From: Vicugna vicugna
Taxonomy: Eukaryota
NCBI GenBank assembly: GCA_013265495.1
Contig: MU059829.1
Coordinates: 3,968,001 to 4,032,000 of the forward strand
Length of the DNA: 64,000 nt
Reading direction: 5' to 3'
The notes below the pieces were generated by a model that had not been told where the DNA came from, made no database searches, and saw only the letters and a list, made by a program, of their open reading frames with translations. The position numbers were made by a program, and so were the translations under genes. Shown here in pieces: positions 50,483 to 62,525 of the stretch (positions within the stretch are counted from its first letter, which is position 1; the number at the start of each line of letters is the position of its first letter).

Positions 50483-50509
50483 ACACACACACACACACAC
50501 ACACACACA
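50483..50509 (+). repeat. (AC)13 microsatellite, (UG)13 on the DLGAP2 sense strand
   Basis: Read directly from the sequence. Confidence 0.95.
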
Positions 50510-52253
50510 GCAGGAACTCTGCAATAACAGACAAATCACAGAGAAAAATAAACAAAAAAATGAACACGAAGAAAATTATTAAAGGTCACCATCGTCATGA
50601 GGAAAAGTGAGGTCGGGCCAGACAGGGGTTCCAGGTGAGACGACAGGGGTGCTGGCCGGGCTGCGTCATCAGGAGGCCCCGCACGCAGGTGCAGCCCAGA
50701 TCTGCACAGCCTGGTGGCAGCGGGTCCTGGCAGGTGCCTGGAGCTGAGGGGCTGAGGACCCTACGGTCAGCGGGTCAGCCCGGGCCTGGGCGCCCCGGAC
50801 AGTGGAGGCAGGAGGCAGCCCTCTGCTCAGCGTGAGAACAGTGTTTGAGAAGGGAAACCCTCCACCGTCTGCATCTGGACGAAACTCCGCCCGTTTCGCA
50901 GGTTGGCTGTGGTTCTGGGGGATCAGTCAGCGGTGGGGCGGGAACCAGTCCCTCCGGCGTGGGAGTAGCACTGAGAATGCCAGCGGCCCTTCCCCACGAG
51001 CCGACGATGGAGCACGGGTCAGGGCGGGCTGGCTTCCCTTACGTGGGATAGTGGGGGAGAACCTCAGGGGTCGGGGGGAGCCCGCACGTCTCGCATTTCA
51101 CCCCCGTCTTGGGGTCCCCCTCCCCCCGCGGCTGTGAACCTGCAGGCAAGTCACTCACCCCCAGCCTCGGTCTCCCCATCCCTACAGGGGGCGGCCCCCG
51201 ACCCGCGGGGTGACCATCAGCATCCCTGCCACTCTGCGCCGTGGCCCATCTGCCGTCCTGGGACACTTTCCTAGACCGTCTTTGTATCTATGGGGGTCTG
51301 TCTGTCCCTCCCTCCCTCCTGTGCCCTTGAGTCCATCTGTCTTGCACTCATCCTGGCCCTCGAGGTCTGGCTTTCCCGCTCACTTCAGTCTGGCGGAGGT
51401 GGGGTTAAAAGCTCACACCGTGCTCTGCACTCTTTGCAGCCCGTAGAAGACAGTGGCGTCCGGGCGCCCAGTCGCTCCCGCATCCACACGCCCGCCAGCC
51501 ACCTGCCCCACATGTGCCCCACCACTCGCACTGCCGACATTAACCGCGCACGCTTGCTATGTGCCAGGCGCTCTGCTAGGCGCTGGGTTCGAGGGTGGCA
51601 GGGGCGGCTGGGGTGGGTCCGGGAGGGCAGGCAGGGCAGGGGTCCCCTCCAGGGAGGCACGATGCCCGGAGTGGGATAGGGTTAGGGTTAGGGGGCTCTT
51701 GGGGTCAAGTGAAGACAGGAAGTGGGGGCGTCTTTTCTTTACCAGCTGGGGCAACCAGTTTTACTGGTTTCTGGAATTATCCGAAGTTATGCAGAATATT
51801 CCCACTACTTTCAGGTAAAGTCAGCGGCTCCACCTGTTCAGAAGTGGACCCTGCCAGCCTTGCAGGGGGCGTGGCAGGCAGCAGGTGAGCAGGCCAGGCA
51901 GCACAGGAGACCGGGAGTGCGACCGCGGCCTCGTTGGTCTGGGGCCCTCACGAGTCTCCTCTGGGGTGTGGCGTCACAGGCAGACGGGTCTGCATGAGAG
52001 CGACGGCGGCCGCGGGACTCACGGCCCAGCAGGGCCTGGGCCGCGGCAAGTTGCTTGCTGGTTCTGAGCCTCACCTCTGCTGTGCCCCCGGGGGTGCGAG
52101 GGTTCCCTGCAGGAACTCGGGCACCTAGCAGAGGGCCTGGCATATAGAGTCAGGACAGAGGACGGTGACAAGAGCAGTCGCGTGAACAACCCAGAAAGGG
52201 AGAGAAAATAAAATTCATGCGTACTTGGCTTTGGAGTATATTTTGGTACTTAC

Positions 52254-52295
52254 ATCTGACCTTGGGTAGGACTGATGCTCTGGGAATTCAGAGTC
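52254..52295 (-). CDS. DLGAP2: DLGAP2 42-nt exon, likely a cassette
   Basis: cattgttttgtttAG|GACTCTGAATTCCCAGAGCATCAGTCCTACCCAAGGTCAGAT|GTAAGT gives DSEFPEHQSYPRSD. Symmetric phase 0/0; matches the recalled human segment DSEFPEHQPYPRSD. Confidence 0.9.
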
Positions 52296-53265
52296 CTAAA
52301 CAAAACAATGAAGCCACAGTGTGGAGACCAGGTTCAGAGGACCTAGGCAAGTGGGCAGTCTCCCCAGCCTGCTGTCCCCTGTCCCCGGGACGCCCAGGGC
52401 ATTGCTCCCGCTCACACCGAGCCAAGCCTGCCGCCTCTCGGTCAGAGCACTGCTCACCCTCCTCCCGGGCGCCAGCGAAGCCCTGGGGTTTTTAAAGCTT
52501 CCGCCTGGACACAGGCTGGACAGAAGGGTGACAGGAGGTGGGAGGGGGCCGTGCTGGCCGAGGACACCACGGGAACCCTGGGTCACTGGGCCGCGCCATC
52601 TCACTGTGGGGGGGCATCCACAGCATAAACCACGGGAAATGTCCGTGTTGAGGACTGTCCTGTGTGGCCCGGGATGGAGTGGGGGCCGGACGGCCCTGCT
52701 GCCCAGCCTGGCGCCTTCCCCGCCCCTGCGCTCGCTCCAGTGGATGCAGAGATGGGGTCGGAGCAGGGACACGGGGCAGGGCCACACGGCCGGGTCTCGG
52801 GCAGACTCTGGGGCCTGAGTGGAGCTGGGTTGGCCCTCAGTGGTCGGGATGCAGCCTGCACAGGCAGGCTGGGGCCGGCGTGGGGACTGTCGGGGCCGCC
52901 TTGCGTGGCTGTGAGCCCCTACATTGTACAAGGGCCCCTCTTGCCTTTGCCTCGGTTCCCACTGCCTTTCCTCCCCACTCGCCTCTCTGGCTGCAAGGCT
53001 GTGAAGCTTTCAAAACCTCAGGCTTCAGTGAAAAGCACTTTCCTCTTAAGCATGTGAATAACCTATTTCTACACTCTCTGCAGCTGGCAGCCCCGGAGGT
53101 GCCCCCGTGGGGGCCCTCCAGGTGGCGGGGGGCCCAAGACGTGCAGGGGCCTCCCCTGGAGGCCTCCCCTGTGGAGCCTCGGCCCCTGCAGGGACCCAGT
53201 GAGGACCCTGGGCCGAGGCCAGCTGTGCTCGGTCTGTGTCACGGTGGGACGCGTACGGGTGGTAC

Positions 53266-53615
53266 CTGGACCCCGATGGAGGAGCGCCGGCTCTTGAGGA
53301 CCTCCTCGGCCTTGGACGCCAAGATGGCCTTGTCGCTGGTCCGCCCCGAGCCTCCCTGGCCCTCAGAGGCGTGGCGCTGGGCCGCGGCCGACTCCAGGGC
53401 GAGGCTCATGGCCTTGGTGCTGTCCAGACTGTCCGTGGAGTCGTANNNNNNNNNNNNNNNNNNNNNNNNNNNNNNNNNNNNNNNNNNNNNNNNNNNNNNN
53501 NNNNNNNNNNNNNNNNNNNNNNNNNNNNNNNNNNNNNNNNNNNNNNNNNNNNNNNNNNNNNNNNNNNNNNNNNNNNNGGGCGGCGGGGTTTTTTTGTAGT
53601 TTGTGTAGGAGATGG
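53266..53615 (-). CDS. DLGAP2: DLGAP2 coding exon, interrupted by an assembly gap
   Basis: 350 nt, phase 1/0: (A)ISYTNYKKTPPP-[44 unknown codons]-YDSTDSLDSTKAMSLALE...KSRRSSIGVQ; ctctcttacAG acceptor, CAG|GTACCA donor. Confidence 0.93.
53446..53577. other. Assembly gap (132 N)
   Basis: Run of N inside a DLGAP2 exon; its length is a multiple of 3. Confidence 0.99.
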
Positions 53616-54214
53616 CTGTAAGAGAGACAGAGGCCGGTCAGCACCGCACGGGAACCTGGTCACACCCGTCCCTCCCTGCCAGCACCAGGCATGTCCGTCC
53701 TGACGTCCAGCCTAAAAAGACGGCGCAGGATGTGGGGGGAGCCGCGTTACACTCGGAGACGGTCTACACGGATATGCTGACAACAGCAGAAAACCCAGCC
53801 ATGGCGACAGACTAGGTAAGCTGTGACTCAGCAGGGCAGAAGGCGGCATCTCCCAGCAGGTCTCGGCACCGAGGGAAACGCTCTCTTGCTAAACTACGTT
53901 AAAAAAGACTGGGAGTTTATGCTGTTTTCAACCTTGTGTCCGGGTGCCACTCAGGCTGCTCTTCAGACCACCAGAGCGGACGTGTGGTTTGAGGTCATCG
54001 CCGTGTGTCCATCCAGAGCAGCGCGGACGGGCAGGACCGACGGAGCCAATTCTGCAGCCGCACTGAGAGATTATTCCTGACTGGTTTTGGTAAAAGTACA
54101 GCTAGAACTGTCCTGGAAAAGTACTATTCTCTTCCATGCCTGCAAAGCCTGGACGTCAAGTCTACTCAGGGTTCTCCTGAAAAACACTCCAGAAGTGCAT
54201 CCAAATACACGTTC

Positions 54215-54920
54215 CTGCTGCTTAAAAACATCAGCTTGCAGCCGCTATGGAAAGCAGGACGGAGACTCCCTAAGAAACTAAAACCAGAGTCACCCTATGA
54301 TCCTGCAGTCCCACTCCTGGGCATGTATCTGGAAGGAACTCTAATTTGAAAAGACACCTGCACCCCAGCGTTCACAGCAGCCAAGACACGGAAGCACCTA
54401 AATGTGCATCAGCGGATGGCTGGATAGAGAAGTTGTGGTGTATTTACACAATGGAATACTACTCAGCCATAAAAAAGTAAAACAATGCCATTTGCAGCAA
54501 CACGGATGGACCTGGATTGGAAATCCTCATTCTAAGAGAAGTAAGTGAGAAAGAGAAAGAAAAACACCACATGATATCACTTATGTGTAGAATATTAAAA
54601 AGTGACAAAAATGAGCTTATTTATAAAAAAGAAATAGACTCACCGACGTAGAAGACACACTTACGGTTACCGGTGGGGGGTAGCGGGTAGGGATAAATTG
54701 GGAGTCCAAGATCTGCAGATACTGACTGCTATGTACAGAACAGACGAACAGCAAGGTCCTACTGTGCAGCACAGGGTACTACACTCAGTACCTTGTGGCA
54801 ACCCAGCCTATAATGAGAAAGACTATGGAAGGAAGCACGTTTATGTATACGTGTAACTGAGTCACTGCCCTGCGCACCACAGACTGACACGACAATGTAA
54901 ACCGATCCAACTTCAAAAAT
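54215..54920 (+). mobile_element. L1 ORF2 C-terminal end and 3'UTR (younger copy)
   Basis: cagccgctatggaaagcagg...ccctatgatcctgcagtcccactcctgggcatgtatctgg...aatggaatactactcagccataaaaaag...ccaacttcaaaaataa. Confidence 0.9.
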
Positions 54921-57900
54921 AACACACCGCTTACTGGCACCGAGACCACAGCTCACTGCTCTCCACCGCCAAAGCGCTGGCGGACGCTCTGCAGACACGG
55001 CGTCCGCCTGAGCTGTCACTGCAGGCGCTGTGACCGGGCGCCCGGGGCTGCAGCCCCTCCCGTGGGCACCAACGTTGCCACTGCTGCAATTCCGTGGGGC
55101 TCCCCGGGTTCAGCAAACAGGCCTCTGGTGGCCACAGACAGACCGGAGGGGCGGGCAGTGTGCGAAGAATGGGCGGCAGCCGCGTCCAGGACAAGCGGGG
55201 AAGCGGTGACCCAGGAGCAAGGGGGCCTCCAGGAGGAGGCGGGCTGGGCGGAGGCTGGGGGTGGACGGAGCGGCCACGCGGGGAGGACGGGCGGCGGGTG
55301 GTCCCGCGGGAGCCACGGCACGTCCCCTCCTGGGGTTGTGCAGCTCAGCGTGGGCGCACGTGGCGGGATGCTGGGGAGCCACACGGGTGGAGAGGGCTCC
55401 ACAGTCAGGCAGGCGGTCGGGGTTACCGATGAAGACTTCTCTCATCAGAAGGATTCTCCAACCTTTCATTTGATTCTGCCCTGGAGGTCAGAGGCTCTCA
55501 CTCGGGCGGAGCTGCGAGTGGCTTGACTTTTCTGGGGACTCAGCCTACCGCCTCTTCCTTCTAAGTGCCTTGGATAGAACTGTTTACTCTTAAATGGCTC
55601 CTTAGAATTAGAAGCTGGGAAATAGAGTAAAGAAAGAACTAAAAATGCTCATTTGATCTTGTTAATCTGCTGCCATGGAGTGAAATAAACAAAGACATCA
55701 TTTTACACATTCAAGAAAAATGCTCACTTGTTCAGTTGAGATTTTGGGTGACAATGATCGGGCTGATGTTCAGACAAACATATACGGATGAAAAGTTTAA
55801 ATTTAATTTAGCAACATCATTCTATTGAAGTTTGACAGCTTCCAAATGCAGAGTAATCAACAGAGAAATTTCTGAACAATCTCAAGATTTAATTAAATAA
55901 AAGCAGTCTCATATAAATTTTGAAGTAAAAAATGCAATGGCTACCTGATACCTTTAGGTATCTGAAGACTTAACTACCCTGTTTTTTTTCTGTTGAGTCC
56001 AGGCATGCATGTCCGTTTGGGTTTAAAAGCTGTCATCAGTCACTTCACCACGAGCATAACGCTGGGCAGCCCCTGGAGGCTTCCAAGCGGCTCCCTGATT
56101 CCAGGGAGCGAGGGGAAGAGCACTCACCTCCTAACCCCCTTCCTGACTCTGGATTCCGCTCTCATCTCAGGGAGCAGAGGTGCTGGCGAGACTCACCCCG
56201 CGAGTAACCAGGGTAAGGAAAAGCGGCCGCTCTGTAGAGCGCCTCCTCTCCCGAGTCTGTCGGCGCCAAGCCAGCGTCTGTGTCACCAAGGAAAGGTTAA
56301 TTGCGCTATTTAAGATGGAGGGAGCCGTGCGTGTAATAGATTTTAGGAAGATTTCTATGAAAATTGTGTGAAACCCAAAGCAGCGATGCTTCAGAGAAGT
56401 GTTGGTTCTTCTCCGTCAGAGCTGAATGAACGAAGCACTGAGGCGGCACGTGAGAACTCTGCTTCCCCAGGTGTGCGTGGGTTGAGTTAATCTCCTTGGA
56501 CCCTTTCTGAAGAAATGGCTCAAAGCCCTGACTCGGGACTGTTAGCCAGGAAGACAGGGGAGGGGCACTGGGCTGCTGACACGACTGCCCCGGGGAAGCA
56601 GGGGGACTTACCCCACCAGGACGACGGCTGCTCCTAAAACCCTGAGATCCCAGACGGCACCGACCAATGGCCACAGCGCCAGTGGCCAAATTTAAATGAT
56701 CTACGCTTCTAAAACATCTAAACATCTGCATGACAATTGAAAACCAGCTCCTCTGCACTTGAGCTGCGTTTCACATGCTCCACAGTCGCGGAGACCTCAG
56801 GGTGACAGTACTGGTTGGCGGTCCCCGGACCCTCGCAGCCCTGGGCCGAGCTGGTCTGGAGGTTTTGTCCAGGCAAAGTCAAACCAGCACCGACCCACCT
56901 ATCTGTTCAGCAGATGACGTGAAGCAAAGGAAGTTGATCAGGACTTTCCTTTTGGGCTTCAAAGTGTTGGGTTAGCGAATCTACTGAAGGAGAATTTGGA
57001 GAAACACGTTTTATTCGAGATAAACTAACCTGAATGAGAGGAAATGAACAGTCGCCCAGCCTGCACTTTCACAGGACTTTGAATGCTAATCTCAAACACG
57101 AACACATCGTTACTTTAAACGCATACCTAATTACCCACCCACACCTGGAATTCTGGACATCACCCCTGAATTCAATCCTCACAAGTCATTTGCAAGCCAA
57201 ACAGAAAATTTAAAAATTAGCACTCTATCGTATGAAGCACAAGCACGCAATCAAGACAAAAGATATTTCAAAAAGCAGAGATCGACATTCTATTTGAACG
57301 TCACAGCCACACTTGAACTCACCGCACTCTCTTAATTAGAACTTCAAAGATAACAGCATGAAAGGAACTACAGTCGTCAGCCCAGGAGTGTCTAGATGAG
57401 CCCGGGTGTTGGAGAAACCAAACCAGAGGCAAAGGTTCCCCATAAAAGAGTAAAGCTATTTCAACACCTTAATTAATGTTAGTCCCAAAACGTAAGTGTA
57501 AATTAAGCAGGACTCAGAAATCACGTTCCACCAGTGTGCACACGGTGTCTTCCCTGAAGTTACAAACCCTGCGTGGGCCACCCAAGTTCTGGGGCAACAG
57601 CGAGGGGCCGACGCAGGGCGTCCACCTCAGAGGTGTTAATTAGCAAGAAACCGTCGTCTGACCGGCTCTTAACACCTCGTGCACGGTGGAGCGATGACAG
57701 CTGCGTCCCGGTTTGGTACACTTCCTGTTTCCTATTTTTAAATATTAAAAAAAATCGCTTTACACAATAAAAACCTGCAGTTTGGGAAGAGAAACTGAAA
57801 ATGGACCAACTTTTAATGATGTGAAGAGCCACCTAAGTTTAAGTTCCTAGGCACAGACTTCAGGGTGTTCGAAGGGCCGGGCAGTAAAGAGAAGGATGAA

Positions 57901-58454
57901 CAGTGAATTCCAGTCTTCAGTGCGTTTTGAAGAGAGCGTATGTAAAGGTATGAAGTCCTGACAACCAGTAAACGCAGCGGCACACGCGGGACCTCACGGC
58001 CGCTTTCCTCCCATTTCCAGTGCTCATACACGTTCTGCTTCAGCACAAGGAACAAAAACTAAATATAACACTGAGTGATTTGGTTCAAAAGCTTTGCTGC
58101 AATGTTTCTTTGCTCCTGAGAGAACGAAATTATTTTGTTTTCAGAGTTCTTAGAATATTTTATAACTTTGTGGATTTCAGTAACCGGTTTTCATTTAATG
58201 TTTTTTAAACTAATGTAAGGAATAAAAGCCATGGTACCAACGTTTCCTGAACATATGGATGAGATGACGTGAGTACAAACAAACAGGAAGTAGAACTCAC
58301 TACCACGGCCTTAATTCTTGGGCGTCTAATATCTCTCCATCTTTAAAAGGGGAGTCCATTTGAAAAATAAATTAAATTAGGGTTTTTGTTTTAATAAATA
58401 CGCACTTTCGTTGGAACTCACCTGATCAGGGGCTGGGAGGGGAGGAACTTACGC

Positions 58455-58550
58455 TGCCACCTACACTAATCAGATGAAGAGGAAATCAGTGAAGGCTTCC
58501 TGGAAGAAGTGATTCCCGAGTTGACTCTGAAAGCATAGCTAGGAATTAGG
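58455..58550 (+). mobile_element. L2 fragment
   Basis: aatcagtgaaggcttcctggaagaagtgattcccgagttgactctgaaagc. Confidence 0.55.
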
Positions 58551-59059
58551 GGGAAAAAAAATCCCCAAAATGCAAATTCTGGACTCAGCAAATAGCATAT
58601 ACAGAAGCACAGAAGTGAGAGACTGTTTGGAAGGGTCTGTGCCCACGGGGAAGGAGGTGGCTGGGGCCGGGCCGGGCCAGGTCATCCAGGTGGCTCACTG
58701 ACCGCAGACACCGTGGCTCTGACTCACTGGGACAGGAGAGCATGGTGGGCGCCAGGAGGGCAGAGTGGGGCTGGCCTGGGCTGTCAGAAGGAGGGTCAGA
58801 GGCAGGTGGAGGGGAGGGAGGCCACCAGGGACCAGCTGCAGGGCTGAGCAGCCCTCCAGGTGAGCAGGGCCCGGCCTGCAGTGGAGGTGCAGGCTGCCGA
58901 GGTTGGGGTGTGGCTGAGAGGCAGATGAGACGGGTCCCAAAATCGACTGCGCGACTCACTCGTCCACCCGTCTGCTCGTGCACGAATCCACTGACTTGTT
59001 TAATCACTGAGGACTAGGGCTAGGGTGCCACACGGCGAATCTGGAAGGTTCACTTCTCC

Positions 59060-59270
59060 ATAGGCAAACGACTGTTTCTCAAAGTCATGGATCACACCTG
59101 CCCCCGATCGCAGTGGCCTGATGCCATCACCAGGGTCTTCACAGGGGGACACCGCAGGGTGGGGGTCAGCGGACATGTCAGGAGGGAACAGGTGGGGTCA
59201 CCGGCCGGAGGTGAGGAAACCGGCAGACGTCCCCGGCTGGAGGCGGGCTTGGCCCCTGAGGGGCGCGCCA
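59060..59270 (+). mobile_element. MLT1C/D-like LTR fragment
   Basis: ggcctgatgccatcaccagggtcttcacagggg...ggctggaggcggg; similarity is from memory. Confidence 0.4.
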
Positions 59271-62200
59271 CGACAGAAGCACGCACAGCAAAGTAAAGCC
59301 TGGCTGCGGCCGGCTCCCCTGCCACGCTTTGCGTGGACTGTCCCTCTGTTGTACCGGCTTCTGGAACCAGCTCTGACACAGGCTGAGAAAATTTGCGACC
59401 CAGAGAAAAACCACTATAACCCAATTTCATAGGTTGCACGGCCGTGCCCTTCCCTCCCAAGAGAAGTCGGGGCAGGTGTGTATTTAGAGGAGTAACCATC
59501 TGATGAACGGCTTCACAGCTGAGAGGAGCTGTGTGTGACACGAACGGCAGATGTTCCCAAAACCACTTCAGGGTGCGAGGAGGCACTGACCGGCGAGCGG
59601 CGTGTTTCACAACGGAGGACGGATCACGGCAGGCGGGCCCCGCTGCCGGGCTCCCCAGAGGCCGGATGGAAAGCGTCTGTTTCAGCGGAATCGCTACCTC
59701 ACCGAGGGGCGAGAGCAAACACAGGCGGCCTCCGCCCACTGCAGACGAGCAGAGTGCTCCTGCGCAGCGGCCGGCCGTGTGCAAAGCAGTGCCCGGGACA
59801 CGCTCGGGGGCCCGCGCGCCCTCGCGCCCTCGCGGCCTGCTCGGCGTCCGGCCATCGCGGTGCGGACCGGCATCCCGCGCTCGCTCTCACGCAGGCGAGA
59901 CCACCGAAGACGGCCCGCTCAGAAAGAAACACTTAAATCAACCTCCTTCTTCAAAACAATCGCTGGGAGTGGCTTTGAGCAGAACTTTTTAGGGAACTGT
60001 TTTCAAAAGCAAGTTTCCAAAGCATGAAAGAAACTCAGTCTGTCAAAATAACCTTTCTCTCCACACACACGCCCATCACGGGTGGCTGTTGGATGCTGTG
60101 TGACCTTCCAAGCAGCGTTTTGACACAAAATCACTGAAGTCCTGACTTGCCTCACGGACAGGAGGCTCTGAACCCAGCGGGAAGCTCAGCTCCGACAGCA
60201 AGTGCGCGTCCGCGCCGCCTCCGCGGACGCTTCGGGTTTCCTGCCTCTCGGGACAGGGGCGCTTCCTTCCTTTGGAGGTTTTCACAGCCTTACTAAGTAG
60301 ACTGCTGTCGTGTGACGCCTCAGCTCTATTTAGGGAAGAAATGATGCAAGTACTCCGCTCACAACGCTCAGGGTAAAGCAGGGCACACGAGGACCTAACG
60401 AGGCGTTTGTACCTGCAGGTCTTCAGAAAGGCAGCTCGCAGCTCCGCAGCCCCCAGCTCTCCTACTGCCATTCCCGTTTCCTCTCGTCTTCCAGAACAGC
60501 CCCTAACCCTGGAAGGCACGCCTGCCCTCCCCCCCGCCACCGTCTAGAGGAAGCTTGGACTCCGTAACCAGGCCAAGTTACGGGAGAAACTCTGAACAGA
60601 CGCATTTGCAGGGTAACTTACGTGGCACATGCATTCTGGGAAGATGAGATGTACATAAATTAGGGTGTTCGTCTGATCTGCACTGGTTCTTGTGCGATCT
60701 CTCTGCCATCTGTTCTACTTTTATTCTCCACCTAACAACAGCTCTATGAACAATGAAGGCATTTCCCACCAGGTAATTATTGTTTCAGAGCGTTTCTGAA
60801 GACCACGGGAGTGCTTAACTTCACTTGCTCCTGAGAGACATCCAGCAAACACTGGTGAATGTATCAGTGACTCTCTTACAGTGTGTGTGTGTTTAAAGTG
60901 CAGTGATTCTAAGGCTCATTACTTCCCTAAGTTTCTAATTTGCTCATTTTCCATGTTTCTTTCCCCACAAAGGGCCAAGCAGAAGGGGTGGTCCCTGACT
61001 TCATGAGGGGATGGAGCAGGGGCAACAGGACACCGGCGGCTCAGCCCCGCCGCCCACGTCGCCCCTCGGCTGCCCCGCCGCCCACCACGGTCCTGGGCGC
61101 TGGCCTCCCCGACCCCGGGGCTGGGCTGTGACCACGGCACCCACCGGGGCCCCTCGTTTCTTCAGAAGGCGGGGCTCAGCCGTCGGGGGGACGGAGCATC
61201 GCAGACCTGCGCTCACAGCCGCCAGGTGATGTGAAACGAGCCCGGAGGGCTCACCGCTCGCTTTGAACACTGACCCTGGGCCGACCTGGTCAATTACTCT
61301 TCCTGGGCGCCACTGAGAACCGAGAACCTGAAAAGTTAACCCACCCACGGTCTCAGAGGGAGTGAGGGAACCAGGTTTGAATCCGGTTTCCCCTCTCCCA
61401 TCCACAGGCTCCGTGCGCTGTAGTGATGGTTTTAACCGAAGCGGCATGAGTCCTGCAACTTGTGACCACTAATCAGCACCCCGAAGTCCTGCTCACGGTC
61501 TTGGCATCAGTCCTACCTGCTCTGTTCCTGGCGTGGTGACAACTGATGGGGCCTTGCCTCTTCCCCACACTGGGCCCCAAGTCTTCATCATGAGCGAGGT
61601 CCTCTCCAGGCCCACTCGAACTGTCCCCGGTCCCCCCCACGCCTGCGCCTTACCTGTCTCAGGTCACCGCCCTGCAGCCCCACTTACCCCACTGCTTGCT
61701 GGCCGTGTGCGCTCCGTGGCCCTGCTGTCCTGTGGGCGCCTCCAGCCACGTTTAGTCATCATGTTACATAAACAGTGGCCTTGCGGCGAGATACCAGGCA
61801 GTGATGCTTAGTTCGGGTGGGATGTTTTGCAAGGGGTGGATGTGGTTTTCCCTAAGAGCTGATGGAACTGTGCCCCTGAACCGGCTCGGCCTGAGGTGAT
61901 CCGTGAATGTACATCCACGGTCGATTCGCTCTGCAGTGCTGAATCGCACTTACAGATGGGGTCTGCAGACCAAGCCACAGACACCCAGGCCAGACACCAG
62001 GCTCAAGGACCCCAGGAGTCATCGCAGGTTGGCCGAAGTTTACTGCAATTGGTCCTTAAAACGACCACCTTCCAAACGTCAGCACTTCATTTTTTTTCTT
62101 GGATAAGATTTTATGAAAATTGTACTTGACTATTTTAAAGGACCTTGATAATCAATCGATTTCATCCTAAGAAAAAGAAAGGTTATCTATAAGAGATGTT

Positions 62201-62308
62201 TCCGCCGCAGACAGGACCGCGGCATCGCCGGCCCCCGGGGAGGCTCCCAGCCTCGAGGACGGAGTCGCCGCCCTCGGTGAAGGAGGGCGCTGACCCCCAA
62301 GAGGTTAC

Positions 62309-62525
62309 CTGTGGTGGGCCTGACGGTCGAGGCGATGTCGGAGGCCATCACGGGGATACATTCATCATCTTGGGAGTAACCAGCCTGAATGGCTCGGAGG
62401 TAACTGTGACTGCGCGTCCGGAAGCATCCGGGGAGGTCGAGGGCGTCCATGGCCTGAGACTCCACTTCGCTGAAGACGGACTCGCACACGGACTCGAACT
62501 GCCCGTTGAGCTCCGCCTCACTCAT
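62309..62525 (-). CDS. DLGAP2: DLGAP2 coding exon with a GK-binding repeat
   Basis: 217 nt, phase 0/1: MSEAELNGQFESVCESVFSEVESQAMDALDLPGCFRTRSHSYLRAIQAGYSQDDECIPVMASDIASTVRPTT. RSHSYLRA fits the SAPAP RxxSYxxA repeat. Upstream exons lie beyond the window. Confidence 0.97.

Noticed and set aside
60076-60540. 154-aa intronic ORF on the DLGAP2 strand
   Set aside because: No similarity to SAPAP proteins or any family I recognise. The flanking exons already join in frame (G|CC).
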